Below are positions 37,810 to 47,456 of a stretch of 64,000 bases of DNA, piece after piece (positions within the stretch are counted from its first letter, which is position 1; each line of letters starts with the position of its first letter). Below the pieces are notes generated by a model. It saw only the letters and a list, made by a program, of their open reading frames with translations. It ran no database searches and was not told where the DNA came from. The stretch is taken from IMG/VR virus record IMGVR_UViG_3300038443_002312, positions 32,001 to 96,000 of that record. One strand, given 5' to 3'. Origin of the DNA: a virus. The position numbers and the translations under genes are program-made.

Positions 37810-39450
37810 TTACCCGGCCTGTTGTTTCGGCTTGATCCGCCCGGCCCGGATGCCGGCGATCACGCCGCTGGCGTCCTTCTTCGTCATCTGCCGGACCCGG
37901 TCCCGGTCCCAGCCGAGCTTGCCGACGATGGTGTCGACCTGGGCCGGGGTCGCGAGTTCCAACTGGGCCGGGGTGTGGGTGGCGGCGGGCGCGGCCCCGC
38001 GCGGGTCGAACAGGTCGAGGTCCGGCCCGACCTCGTACTGCACGGCCACCGCCCGGAGCTTCCGCCGCCGCTCGACCTCCTCCCGCAGGAGGGCCACTTC
38101 CGCCTCGGCCCGGCCGAGCACGTCGAGCACGTCGGCCGGGTCCCGGCCCGGGGGCGGGTCGCCGGCCAGGAGCTTGTTCGCGTACTCCCGGACGCCCGGG
38201 GCGTAGTCCCCGCCGAGCACGTCCACGCTGGTCAGCACCTTGCGGGCCCCGGCGGCGACGAAGTCCAGGGCGCACGCCCACGGCTTGGCGCTCCCGGCGA
38301 TGGCCGCGAGCCGCGGGCCCGGGTCGTCGGACCACAGTTCGTCCCGTCGGGCCGGGTCGTCCAAAAGACCGTCGAGGGGCCGCATAACTCGGCCAATAAT
38401 TTGACTGATAAGGACGATGGACTGGGCCGGGCGGCAGACGGCCGCGACCGCGGCGTTGGGTAAATCAATTCCGACCGTGACGACGTTGCAGTTGACCAGC
38501 TTCCGGTACAGGCCCGCGCGGAAGTCGGCGAACGCGGCCCCGCGCTCGACCTGGTCCTTGAGGTCGTCGGTCACCCACCGGACGTTCCCGGGCTCGTACG
38601 CCTCGAACGCCTCCCACGCCCGCTTGACCCACCGCTTGCCCGGCCCGTAGACCAGGGTCGGGCGGTCCCCGGCCAGGTCGCGGACGGCCAGGGTCAGTTG
38701 GTGGAACGGGGCGGCCTGGGACAGGGCCTCGTCCAGGGCCTTCTTGTCGAAGTGCCCGAGCGCGTCGACGGCCACCTTGTCCCACTCGATCCCGGTGACC
38801 CGCAGGGGCAGGGACCGGACCCCGCACAGCCACCCGGCCCGGACCATGTCGAGGACCTTGAGGTTGACCGCGACCGAGTCGAACCCGCACGCCCGGCCGA
38901 TCCCCTCGCCGCGGTCGTCCGCCCAGGTCGCACTCACCCCGCCCTGCCGGCACCGCTTGTTCTGCCGGAAGTGCTTGAAGATGTCCTGCCACCCCTTCGC
39001 GTGCGACAGGTGGCCCTCGTCCGCCAGGACGGTGTCGAACTCGTTCGGGTCGAAGCTCTTGAGCCGGGCCTCCCCCGTCTTCGTCCCCAGGGTCTGGACC
39101 ATCGCGACGACGTACGGCGGCCGGTTGGCCCGGGTGTCCGCCCGGCTCTCGGCCTGCTCGCGGCCGATCCCGGGGGCCTTGAGGTAGCCGTTCTCGTCGG
39201 CGAACGGCTCGCCGACCGACGGGTCGAGCCGGTGAATCCAGCGGATGATCTGGTCGGCCAGTTCCCCGCGGTGGACCAGGTAGAGCGTCCGCTTGCGGGT
39301 CCGCTCGCAGCGGGTCTTGCCGATGTCGGCCAAGGGGGCCGTTTTCCCCGCCCCGGTGGGGAGGCTGATGAGCGGGTGCCGCCCGCCATCCATGTGCTCG
39401 CAGAAGACGCGGCTGGCGGTCGCCTGGTACGGGCGGAGGACGAAGGCCAC
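37810..39450 (-). CDS. Superfamily 2 DNA helicase (ResIII/DEAH-like)
   Basis: LRPYQ, LPTGAGKT, DEGH, SAT, GIDLP, QIIGRVMR. Confidence 0.9.
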   Translation of the reverse strand: MAFVLRPYQATASRVFCEHMDGGRHPLISLPTGAGKTAPLADIGKTRCERTRKRTLYLVHRGELADQIIRWIHRLDPSVGEPFADENGYLKAPGIGREQAESRADTRANRPPYVVAMVQTLGTKTGEARLKSFDPNEFDTVLADEGHLSHAKGWQDIFKHFRQNKRCRQGGVSATWADDRGEGIGRACGFDSVAVNLKVLDMVRAGWLCGVRSLPLRVTGIEWDKVAVDALGHFDKKALDEALSQAAPFHQLTLAVRDLAGDRPTLVYGPGKRWVKRAWEAFEAYEPGNVRWVTDDLKDQVERGAAFADFRAGLYRKLVNCNVVTVGIDLPNAAVAAVCRPAQSIVLISQIIGRVMRPLDGLLDDPARRDELWSDDPGPRLAAIAGSAKPWACALDFVAAGARKVLTSVDVLGGDYAPGVREYANKLLAGDPPPGRDPADVLDVLGRAEAEVALLREEVERRRKLRAVAVQYEVGPDLDLFDPRGAAPAATHTPAQLELATPAQVDTIVGKLGWDRDRVRQMTKKDASGVIAGIRAGRIKPKQQAG

Positions 39451-39483
39451 GGGACGACTCCGGAGGGACCGCGGAACCCGATC

Positions 39484-39708
39484 TCAGATCCCGCCGCCGT
39501 CGGCCGACAGCGGGCAGTCGAGGTGCCGCTCGCGGAACTGCTCCGCCTGCTGCTCGAACCGGGCCGGGGAGAACGGCCCCCGGAGGTACCACTCGGCCCC
39601 GCACCGGGCACACCGCCCGGCCGGCCCGACCGGCCCGACCGGCTCCGGGGCCTCCCGCCGCCGGATCTCGGCCTTCAGGGCGGCCAGGGGGACGATCGAC
39701 AGGTCCAT
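39484..39708 (-). CDS. Small Zn-binding protein
   Basis: CARC...H..C. Confidence 0.5.
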   Translation of the reverse strand: MDLSIVPLAALKAEIRRREAPEPVGPVGPAGRCARCGAEWYLRGPFSPARFEQQAEQFRERHLDCPLSADGGGI

Positions 39709-40175
39709 CAGCGCACCGGGGGTCGGAACACGGCCGGGCCGTCGACCCCCGCGATCACGACCGGGAAGATCACGTCGGGGTCGAGGCACAGCGGGATCAG
39801 CCACCGCAGGTTCGGCACCACGTTCAGGGTCGGCAGGTCCCGGAGCGGGTGCCAGGCGGTCGGCTCGTCCGGGGCGTACGGCCGCATCGGGCAGATCTGC
39901 CGGGCCCGGCCGACGAAGAAGTGGACCGGGGACCCGCCCCGCCCGCGGAGGACGACGGCCTCCCGCCACTCCCCGGGGGTCGTCGTGTTCCCGGTCTCCT
40001 CCCGGAACTCCCGGACCATCGCGGCCAGGGGCGTCTCCCCCGGCTCGGCCGCGCCGCCGATCCCGTTCCACTTCCCCCGCTGCCACGCCGGCCGGGCCTT
40101 CTTGACGAGGGCGACCGACAGCCCGGAGTCGCCGATCAGGAAACCGGTCACGAACCGAGTCTCGGGGGTGGTCAT
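39708..40175 (-). CDS. NUDIX hydrolase
   Basis: Nudix box GGAAEPGETPLAAMVREFREETG. Confidence 0.9.
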   Translation of the reverse strand: MTTPETRFVTGFLIGDSGLSVALVKKARPAWQRGKWNGIGGAAEPGETPLAAMVREFREETGNTTTPGEWREAVVLRGRGGSPVHFFVGRARQICPMRPYAPDEPTAWHPLRDLPTLNVVPNLRWLIPLCLDPDVIFPVVIAGVDGPAVFRPPVR

Positions 40176-40188
40176 CGGCGCTCCCGCG

Positions 40189-40569
40189 TTAGCCCCGCAT
40201 CCCGTGCGGCGACCGGACCACCCGGCCGCCCGCCTTGTACTTCCCGGGCCGCGGCCGGCCCAACTTGTCGGCCGGCCGGGCGTCCTCCGGGCGCGTGTAC
40301 CCGGTCGCCTTCCGGCCGGCGAACGCCGCCTCCAGCGCGAGCCCGACCGCCTCCGCCCACGACAGGCAGACCCGCACGGCCCCGGTCGGGCTGGTCCACT
40401 CCCGCCGGGCCGGGGCGTAGGTGCCGACGACGACCGCGACCGTCTCGGGCCCGACCGAGTACGCCCGGCGGGCCACCTGGAGGGCGTGCCGCCCGCCGCC
40501 GAGGTCGACCACCCCGCCCCGGAAGTCGCGCATCCGGGCCCGGGCCGCCCTGACGTCGTCGCCGGTCAT
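40189..40569 (-). CDS. Hypothetical protein
   Basis: GGAGG RBS. Confidence 0.55.
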   Translation of the reverse strand: MTGDDVRAARARMRDFRGGVVDLGGGRHALQVARRAYSVGPETVAVVVGTYAPARREWTSPTGAVRVCLSWAEAVGLALEAAFAGRKATGYTRPEDARPADKLGRPRPGKYKAGGRVVRSPHGMRG

Positions 40570-40602
40570 ACCGCCGCCCTCCGGGACCCGCCAACCCGTT
40601 GG

Positions 40603-41964
40603 CTACAGCTTCTCTTCCAGGTGCCGCAGGTGTTCGGCGGCCAGCCGCTTGAGGGTCGCGATGGCCGGGTCCCCGGCCTTGTCCAGGGCCTTGTACTGGT
40701 GGTCGCCGACGTGCCCGGTCCCGTGGCACGTCTCGCACCCCTTCGAGAACTTGCCGAGCCGGCCGTGCTCCTGGGCGCACACCGGGCACTGGGCGTACGG
40801 CCGGGCCTCGGCCAGGGTCGCGGCCATCTCGGCGAGCCCCGGGCACGAGTAGACCGTCTCCAACTCGCCGTCCTGCTCCTTGGGCCGGGCCTTGAGCAGA
40901 TTCGGGTGCTTGTCGGCCGCCCGGGCCAGGCGATCCCCGCCCGGGGCGGCGGCCAGGGCCGACACCGCCTTCATCGCCTGGCGGACCAGCCCGAGGGCCC
41001 GGTCGAACTCCTCCCGGGCCTTGAACTGCTCGATCAGCCTGTCCGACCCGAGCGGGTGGTCGGCCTCGTCGGTCTCGCCCCGGGACAGCTGGATCACCGC
41101 CCGGGCCGCGGCCGCGACGGCGATCTTCCCGTCGTCGAGCTTCTTCGCGATCTCCTCGGCCTTGGCCTTCTTCTCCGGGGACAGTTCGTCGGACTTCGCG
41201 GCGGCGAACACGAGCCGGGCCTGGCGGAGGGACTCCGGGTTGGTGTTCAGGGCCTCGGCCACCCGCTCCCGCTTGGCCTTGCCGCCGACCGGGGCCCGCT
41301 GGTACACCCGGTCGAGTTCCTCCTTCCGCTTGACCTTGTCCGACCACTTCGGGTCGACCCGGTCGTCGTTCTCGGCCATCTCGGCCGCGAGCACCCAGGC
41401 CAGCCGGTCGGCCTGCTCCAGGTCGGACGTGTCGACGATCCGGGCCGGGATCGTGTCGAACTTCAACTCGTCCCGGACCGCGACCGTCCGCCGCCCGCCG
41501 GCCGTCAGCCGGTAGGACCCGTCGGCGTCGGCCGGCTCGACCACGATCGCGTGCATCAGCCCGTTCTTGCCGATCGACCCGGCCAGGTCCCGGATGCCGG
41601 GCATGTCCGACCGGTACCGGTTTTCGAGCCTCACCTTGTCGACCGGGATGTTCACGACCGGGAAGTTGCCCCAGTGCTTCTTGACCCAGTCGGTCGCCTC
41701 GACCCCCTTGACCTCGCCCGGGGCCGCCGCCGGGGCGGCGCCGTCCGCCGGGACGGCCGCCGGGGCCGGGGCCGCCTCCTCCGGCGTCCTGGCCTTCGGG
41801 GCCTTGCCCCCCTTGCCCGGCTTGGCGGCCTTCGCCTTGCCGGCCTTGCCCTTCTTGTCCGGCTTGGCGCCGGCCTTCCCGCCCTTGCCGCCGCCCTTGA
41901 GCGCCCCGAGGGCGTCCCTGACCATCCCCTTCCCGTCCTTCTTCGCCTTCGTCGCCGTGGTCAT
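40603..41964 (-). CDS. ParB/Spo0J-family protein with Lys/Ala-rich N-tail, HTH and C-terminal Zn ribbon
   Basis: LAGSIGKNGLMHAIVV...YRLTAGGRR...AENDDR; VAEALN; CPVC...CETCHGTG. Confidence 0.8.
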   Translation of the reverse strand: MTTATKAKKDGKGMVRDALGALKGGGKGGKAGAKPDKKGKAGKAKAAKPGKGGKAPKARTPEEAAPAPAAVPADGAAPAAAPGEVKGVEATDWVKKHWGNFPVVNIPVDKVRLENRYRSDMPGIRDLAGSIGKNGLMHAIVVEPADADGSYRLTAGGRRTVAVRDELKFDTIPARIVDTSDLEQADRLAWVLAAEMAENDDRVDPKWSDKVKRKEELDRVYQRAPVGGKAKRERVAEALNTNPESLRQARLVFAAAKSDELSPEKKAKAEEIAKKLDDGKIAVAAAARAVIQLSRGETDEADHPLGSDRLIEQFKAREEFDRALGLVRQAMKAVSALAAAPGGDRLARAADKHPNLLKARPKEQDGELETVYSCPGLAEMAATLAEARPYAQCPVCAQEHGRLGKFSKGCETCHGTGHVGDHQYKALDKAGDPAIATLKRLAAEHLRHLEEKL

Positions 41965-42020
41965 CGCCGCTGTCTCCCGCGAACTGGGGCGGCCGCGCCG
42001 CCCGGTGTTTAAGCTAAAGA

Positions 42021-42067
42021 AGTGTACGCCCCCGGGGCGCCCGGGGCAAGTGCCAAGATCTTGGCAC
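42021..42067 (-). promoter_or_regulatory. Putative promoter TTGCCC-N17-TACACT with adjacent perfect 18-bp palindrome GTGCCAAGATCTTGGCAC
   Basis: Intergenic, upstream of ParB gene. Confidence 0.55.
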
Positions 42068-42073
42068 GCCCCC

Positions 42074-42964
42074 TCAGAAGTTCGTCCACAGGCAGTGTAC
42101 TAACTTGCGCTTGGCATTACCGCCGGCCGCCGCGTTCGGGACCTGCTTCTCGTGCCGGGTCCAGTGGTGCAGCCGGGCGACGTCGTCGTACAGGTCCGAC
42201 CGCAGGCCGGACAGGGCGAAGTGGGCGTTCTTGAGCCCGCCGAGCGTGTCGAGCAGGGCGACGTGCTGGGCCCGGGTGTACTCGAACCGGTACACGTCCG
42301 GGGCGGCCCGGGTCTCGGCCAGCCACGGCGGGTCGAGGTAAAAGACCGCCCCGGGGACGTCGTACTTGAGGCACACGGCCGGGGCGTCCCGGTTGAGGAC
42401 GAGGACCCGGATCAGGCGGGCGCGGACCTCGGGCAGGCGGTCGACCGCCCCGAGCAGGGCCGACACCTGCTCGTTCATCCCGCCGCGGAGGCGGGACTTG
42501 GTCAGCCCGGCGAACGCTTCCCCCGTGTCCGTCCGCCCGGCGAGACACTGCCGGCAGCGGACGAAGTAGCTGACGGCGGCGCCGACGTGCGGGGCGGGGA
42601 ACGTCCCCTTCTCGGCCAGGAGCCGCCGGTACTCGTTGCTCGCGGCGACCGCCCGCTCCCAGGCGGGCTCGGAGAACGGGGTCAGCTGGGCCCGGCGGAG
42701 GAAGTCGAGGAAGACCGCCTCCGGCCCGCCGAGGACGGCCCAGAAGTTGGTCAGTTCGCCGTCCAGGTCGTTGACCACCTCGGACACGCCCTCGGGGTCG
42801 AGGGCGAAGAGGACCGACAGGCCCCCGGCGTACGGCTCGACGTACGTGGTCCGCGGGACCCGGCCGACGACCCCGGCGATCCACTGGGCGTTATAGTTCT
42901 GACCACCGTGAGTCTTTAAGGTAGTCTTGATTCGCGTGTATTTGGGCTTGGTCTTAGTCGGCAT
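42074..42964 (-). CDS. Dam-like (D12 class) DNA adenine methyltransferase
   Basis: YVEPYAGGLSV; EVVNDLDGELTNFW; YLDPPW. Confidence 0.85.
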   Translation of the reverse strand: MPTKTKPKYTRIKTTLKTHGGQNYNAQWIAGVVGRVPRTTYVEPYAGGLSVLFALDPEGVSEVVNDLDGELTNFWAVLGGPEAVFLDFLRRAQLTPFSEPAWERAVAASNEYRRLLAEKGTFPAPHVGAAVSYFVRCRQCLAGRTDTGEAFAGLTKSRLRGGMNEQVSALLGAVDRLPEVRARLIRVLVLNRDAPAVCLKYDVPGAVFYLDPPWLAETRAAPDVYRFEYTRAQHVALLDTLGGLKNAHFALSGLRSDLYDDVARLHHWTRHEKQVPNAAAGGNAKRKLVHCLWTNF

Positions 42965-43508
42965 CGGGGGCCTCGTGGGCGATGCGGATGCGGCAGGCAC
43001 AGCGGTAGGCCGGGGCCTGGAGGAACACCCACCGGACCCGCGGGTCGCGGCCGGTGTCCTTGACCCCGAGCCAGGCCGCCACGGTGTCTTTCACGGCCTT
43101 GAACGCCCGGGGTAAATTCTCGTCTTCGTCTAACTGCTTGCCGCCGAGCCGGGTCATCGTGACGACGGCCGGGAGCGGGAACGTCATGACCGGGAGGGCG
43201 GCCCGGACGGCCTCCTTGACCGCCGTCTTGCGGCCGATCTTCGCCCGGAGGCCGCCGCCGACCGCGGACCCGGCGTTCGCCTCGGACACCAGCCGGACGT
43301 TGACGTCGACCTCGACCACCAGGCGGGCCAGGGGCGGGCGGGCGGGCGGCGGCGTCTTGCCCCGGCGGGCCGGGGCGGGGGCCGGAACTCCCCCGCCCGC
43401 GGTCGCCGCCGGGCCCGCCGCCGGGGGAGAACCCCCGACGGTGACGGTCGCGGTCCCGCGCTTCAGGGCCGCGATCATCTCGTCCACGTTCCCCCGGATG
43501 GTCGGCAC
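42954..43508 (-). CDS. RusA-like Holliday junction resolvase
   Basis: VSEAN...TRL...LDEDENL..AFKAVKD.VA.WLGVKD. Confidence 0.65.
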   Translation of the reverse strand: MPTIRGNVDEMIAALKRGTATVTVGGSPPAAGPAATAGGGVPAPAPARRGKTPPPARPPLARLVVEVDVNVRLVSEANAGSAVGGGLRAKIGRKTAVKEAVRAALPVMTFPLPAVVTMTRLGGKQLDEDENLPRAFKAVKDTVAAWLGVKDTGRDPRVRWVFLQAPAYRCACRIRIAHEAPDAD

Positions 43509-43510
43509 GG

Positions 43511-43981
43511 TCAGCCTCCCCCGCCGAGTTCGGCCAGTTCCGGGCCGACCGCCTCGGGGTCGCCGGTCAGCCGCCACAGGTGCGAGCGCAGCTTCGGGAA
43601 CATCGCCAACGCCTTGTCGGCGTACTCCGGGTCGTCGGCCAGGGCGACGGCCAGTCCGCCGAGGATCGGCCGGCGGTACGACGGCGGGCAGTTCCGGGCT
43701 TTCTCGGTCGCCTCGACCGCCTGGAGGACCTGGCTACACTCCGGACACCGGGCGTACGTGTCCTCGCGGCCGTGGTCGCACTCCCCGGGCCGGCACCGGC
43801 AGGCGCCGTCGTCGTCCGCGTGCGCACAGGTCTCGCGCTCGCGGTGGTAGACCTCCCGGTACGTCTCGCCGGGCAGGATCGGCCGGGCACACTCGCCGCA
43901 GGCGACGGGGGACGCGGCCACCGGGTCGGTGACCTCCGTCACCTCCGGGACGTACTCGTAGTCGTCGGCGCGGAAACACAC
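43511..43981 (-). CDS. Cys-rich hypothetical protein
   Basis: CGEC..PI.PGE.Y...CPEC. Confidence 0.6.
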   Translation of the reverse strand: MCFRADDYEYVPEVTEVTDPVAASPVACGECARPILPGETYREVYHRERETCAHADDDGACRCRPGECDHGREDTYARCPECSQVLQAVEATEKARNCPPSYRRPILGGLAVALADDPEYADKALAMFPKLRSHLWRLTGDPEAVGPELAELGGGG

Positions 43982-43991
43982 GGCGGAACTC

Positions 43992-44504
43992 CTAGACGAT
44001 TCGCGGCAGGGCGGCCCGCGGGGACGGGACCCGGTCGACCGGCAGGCCGAGGGCCAGGAGCCCGCCGGCCGTCTCGCCGATGTCGACGAACCCGGCCCGG
44101 CGGTAGGTCCAGCCCCACGTCTCCCTCCCGCGGACCCGGGTCGGGCGGACGAACGCCCGGTCGATGAACGTCACCATTGCGACGGGGCCGGCGGCCGACG
44201 CGACGGCCGGCGGGTCGCCCCAGACCGCCCGGGACGCCGCCACCGCCTGGACGATCAGGTCGGACGCCCGCCGCGGGGACTCGTTCCGGAAGCACGAGCA
44301 CACCCACGCCCCGGCCCACGCGTGCTTGACGTACCTCGCGATCGGCCAGGACGACACCCACAGGGCGTCGGCCCGGTAGGTCAGGAGGACCACGCACCGC
44401 CCGGGCGGGACGAACTGCGGGGCGCCGACCTTCTGACGGTTGTAGTGCGCGTCGGCGAGCCGGAGGGCCCGCCGGTCGGCCCGGTGACTGGCGAACCAGT
44501 TCAT
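43992..44504 (-). CDS. Mom-like GNAT-fold putative DNA-modification protein
   Basis: HYNRQ..GAPQFVPPGRCVVL...WVCSCFRNES...ASDLI..AV...VTFID...GWTYRRAGF. Confidence 0.6.
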   Translation of the reverse strand: MNWFASHRADRRALRLADAHYNRQKVGAPQFVPPGRCVVLLTYRADALWVSSWPIARYVKHAWAGAWVCSCFRNESPRRASDLIVQAVAASRAVWGDPPAVASAAGPVAMVTFIDRAFVRPTRVRGRETWGWTYRRAGFVDIGETAGGLLALGLPVDRVPSPRAALPRIV

Positions 44505-44974
44505 CGCCCGCGGTTGCCCCGGTCGCGGTGCTGGTGCTGCTGGTGCGCCGGTTGCCGGGGCTGGTTGGCGACCGGCGGGGCCGCCGCCTGGAGCGGGGCG
44601 GCCCCGCCGGGCCCGGCGGCCGGTTCCGGCGGGGCGGCCGGCGGCACCTCCGGCGGGGGCGGGTCGCCCGCCTCGGCGCCCGGGACGGCGTCCCGGGCGG
44701 CCGCGTTCGCCTCGGCCGCCGCCGCCGCGTTCGCCTCGGCCCCGAGGACGAACCGCATGGCCGGCCGGTAGTCCTTCAGGAAGACGGCGTCCCGCGACCG
44801 GTTCCACAGGTCGGCCATCTCCTCGAACTTGGCGACCGTCACCCCGGCCTCGACGAGCTTCAGCCCGCGGCACAGGGCGCACGGCGTGGTCCGGGCGAGC
44901 CCCGGGTGGGGCGACAGGCCACCGCCCTTACAGTGCGGGCACTGGCGGTACAGTTTGTCGGCGCTCGGGGTCAC
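44501..44974 (-). CDS. Zn-ribbon protein with low-complexity tail
   Basis: CPHCKGGG...CALCRG. Confidence 0.55.
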   Translation of the reverse strand: MTPSADKLYRQCPHCKGGGLSPHPGLARTTPCALCRGLKLVEAGVTVAKFEEMADLWNRSRDAVFLKDYRPAMRFVLGAEANAAAAAEANAAARDAVPGAEAGDPPPPEVPPAAPPEPAAGPGGAAPLQAAAPPVANQPRQPAHQQHQHRDRGNRGR

Positions 44975-45495
44975 GGCACGCTCCGAAAAGTCGACCAGAT
45001 AAAATGGTTCCGGGGCTTGTCCGGGGTCGGGGTGAGCGTCCCCTTGCCGAACTTGGCCTCCGCCCACCGGGCCACCACCGGCCGCAGGTGGGCGGCCGCC
45101 TTGTCCGGGTCGGCCAGGTCGTCGAACGGGGCGACGAACTCGACCGCGTCGTGGTGCAGGGCCTCCGACGAGGTCAGGACCGCCACCCCGCCGCCGGACG
45201 GGGCCCGGGACGCGGTGTGGCGGTGGACGACCACCACCACCCCCTTCAGCCGGACCGTCCCGTCCTGGTTCCGGTACACGTACCCGTCCCCCCGGTCCGG
45301 CCGCAGGTCGGTCGCCCAGAACAGCGTCCCGGGCCCGTGCAGGAGGCGGGCCTGGGCCGCCACCGCCCGGTACTCGGCGATCTCGTACGCCTCGCTCCCG
45401 GGCCGCTCCCGGGCCAGCCGCCCGGCCGCCGGGTCCAGGACGACCCGCCGCGGGAACCCGTTGAGCATCACTCTGACCGTCGCGATCTCGGGCAT
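44971..45495 (-). CDS. Hypothetical protein
   Basis: GAGG RBS. Confidence 0.6.
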   Translation of the reverse strand: MPEIATVRVMLNGFPRRVVLDPAAGRLARERPGSEAYEIAEYRAVAAQARLLHGPGTLFWATDLRPDRGDGYVYRNQDGTVRLKGVVVVVHRHTASRAPSGGGVAVLTSSEALHHDAVEFVAPFDDLADPDKAAAHLRPVVARWAEAKFGKGTLTPTPDKPRNHFIWSTFRSVP

Positions 45496-45601
45496 GGGAA
45501 CACCTCGGTTGGGCCGGTCGGTCGGGGCCCGTGCAGTCTACCCGCCGGCCCCGGCCCGATCCAGCCGAGCCGCCCGGGCCCGCGTGGTTTAGTCTAAAGG
45601 A

Positions 45602-45630
45602 ATGGTACGCCCGGACAGGGCCGGCGTCAA
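45602..45630 (-). promoter_or_regulatory. Sigma70-like promoter TTGACG-N17-TACCAT; operator-like site at 45652-45665 just upstream
   Basis: Intergenic, correct spacing. Confidence 0.65.
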
Positions 45631-45664
45631 CGGCGCGGGGGCGAATTTTCTGCCAAGCCGTTGG

Positions 45665-46093
45665 CTAGAACCGGCCGGCGTCCTGGAGTTCTTGCAGCCG
45701 GTCCTTGAGGGCCCGGGCGGCGGTCGCCTCCCCGGCGAGGACGGCCCGGGCCAGGGCGGCGGCGACGGCGTCCGGGTCCGGCCGCGGGGCCAGGCGGGCG
45801 GCCTGGTGGGCGCGGACGGCGGCCAGCAAGCGGTCGGCGTCGTGCCGGGAAACGACTTTGGGGAGGGTAACCCCGGGCGTGTCGGAGGTCCCGTCCGGGA
45901 CGTACGTCCCCATCCACACGCCGGTCGCGTCGTAGATCAGGGAGACGGCGGCGGCCGGGTTGTTGAGCCCGGGGGAGCCGTCGGTCTCGCACCGGAACGG
46001 CTCCCACTCGTACCACCGGTCGACGAGGGACCGGCAGACCAGGTCGACGGCGTCGGGGGCGGCCGCGGGCTTGCGGCCGAAGAGAAAGGCCAT
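45665..46093 (-). CDS. Hypothetical protein with C-terminal LARAVLAG..A.AL.D motif
   Basis: ORF track, RBS. Confidence 0.6.
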   Translation of the reverse strand: MAFLFGRKPAAAPDAVDLVCRSLVDRWYEWEPFRCETDGSPGLNNPAAAVSLIYDATGVWMGTYVPDGTSDTPGVTLPKVVSRHDADRLLAAVRAHQAARLAPRPDPDAVAAALARAVLAGEATAARALKDRLQELQDAGRF

Positions 46094-46102
46094 CGGGCGT
46101 CC

Positions 46103-46513
46103 TCACTGGTGGTCGTCGGGGTCGGCCGCCGGCTCCTGGACGCCCCAGATCGCGGCGGCGGCCGCCTGTTCGCACGCGCGGGAACAGAACGCCGTCTTCG
46201 TCTCGAAATCGGGGCGGAGGGCCTTCATGGGGGTGCCGCACCAGCCGCACGGGCCCTCGACGAGTTGGGCCTCCAGCCAGGCGGCCTCGGCGGCCCGGGC
46301 GGCCTCCCGCTGGCCGGCCTCCCACTCGTCGTGCGCCGCCACGCACACCGGGGAGCAGCACCGGTTCCGCGGGTCGGACTCGTCCTTCGGAACCCGAACG
46401 CCGGCCAAACACACGGGGCAGGTGTCGTCGACCACCTCGGCCGGGTCCGGGTCAACGTCGTCCGGCCCGAGCCCCGCATCCCGCACGTGGTCCGCCCACT
46501 CGCGCCAGCCCAT
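46103..46513 (-). CDS. Zn-finger hypothetical protein
   Basis: CPVC..CCSPVC; CGWCG..FCSRAC. Confidence 0.6.
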   Translation of the reverse strand: MGWREWADHVRDAGLGPDDVDPDPAEVVDDTCPVCLAGVRVPKDESDPRNRCCSPVCVAAHDEWEAGQREAARAAEAAWLEAQLVEGPCGWCGTPMKALRPDFETKTAFCSRACEQAAAAAIWGVQEPAADPDDHQ

Positions 46514-46527
46514 GGCAGTCCTCCCGG

Positions 46528-47325
46528 TTAGTCGATCTCCCCGTCGTCCTCCCGGCCGAGCAACCGGACGGGCGGTTCGGCGGGAGGAGTCTCGGCCGCC
46601 GCCCGGCGGGTGTTAATCCGGGTCCACAGGGCACCGGCGGTCCGGGCCAGGGCCCGGAACTCTTCGCCGGGGTGCTCGGCGAGGAAGGCCCGCGCCCGGG
46701 CCGAGTCGGGCCCGCCCGACTCGTTCATGACCTCAGCGTACTGCCCCAAGAGTTTACCCACGGGCGGGGGCTCGTCCGCGTGGGCGGCAACCGCGGCCCG
46801 GATCTCCGCCCGGGCCGCGACCACCCGCGGGTCGGTCGGGTCCACCCCGACCGGGAGCACGTCCGCGGCCAGCCGCCAGAACGCCGAAACCCCCCGGCCG
46901 CCGCCGAACTCCCCGGACTCCTTCGCGGCCTCGAACGTCCCCAGCCAGTCGGCGGTGATGTCCGGGTCGCCGCCCCGCTCGCGGTCTTCCCGGGGGCCCA
47001 GGAACGCGTCCCGCTCGGCCCGGGTGTCGAACAGGACCATCTGCCCGTTCTCGACGATCCGGGCGTTCCAGTACGCCCCGGCCCCGCTCATGTCCACGTG
47101 ACACATCCGCGGGATCTCCGCGCACCGCCCGTACCCGCGGAGGGTGAACGGCCGCCAGTCCAGCGGGGGCAGGGCGGCCTCGGGCACGACCCGGGCCCGG
47201 CACTCGCCCTCCTCGCCCACAAATTCGACGACCGTGACCGGGCTCGGGACGGCGGGGGCCGCCCCGGGCAGGTCGGCCACCGCCCCGGGCAGGTAATTCC
47301 CTTTGTACGCGTGCAGTTTTCTCAT
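46528..47325 (-). CDS. Hypothetical protein
   Basis: ORF track. Confidence 0.6.
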   Translation of the reverse strand: MRKLHAYKGNYLPGAVADLPGAAPAVPSPVTVVEFVGEEGECRARVVPEAALPPLDWRPFTLRGYGRCAEIPRMCHVDMSGAGAYWNARIVENGQMVLFDTRAERDAFLGPREDRERGGDPDITADWLGTFEAAKESGEFGGGRGVSAFWRLAADVLPVGVDPTDPRVVAARAEIRAAVAAHADEPPPVGKLLGQYAEVMNESGGPDSARARAFLAEHPGEEFRALARTAGALWTRINTRRAAAETPPAEPPVRLLGREDDGEID

Positions 47326-47456
47326 GTTGGCCTGTTGGGGTCAGAGGAGGATCAGGCCGGGGGCCACGTTGGCCCCCGGCCGCCGCCGGGGCCGGCCAGC
47401 AGATTGCCAGCTACCCACCGGCCCCGGGCAGTCTCGCGGTCGCCGGATCGCCGCCG

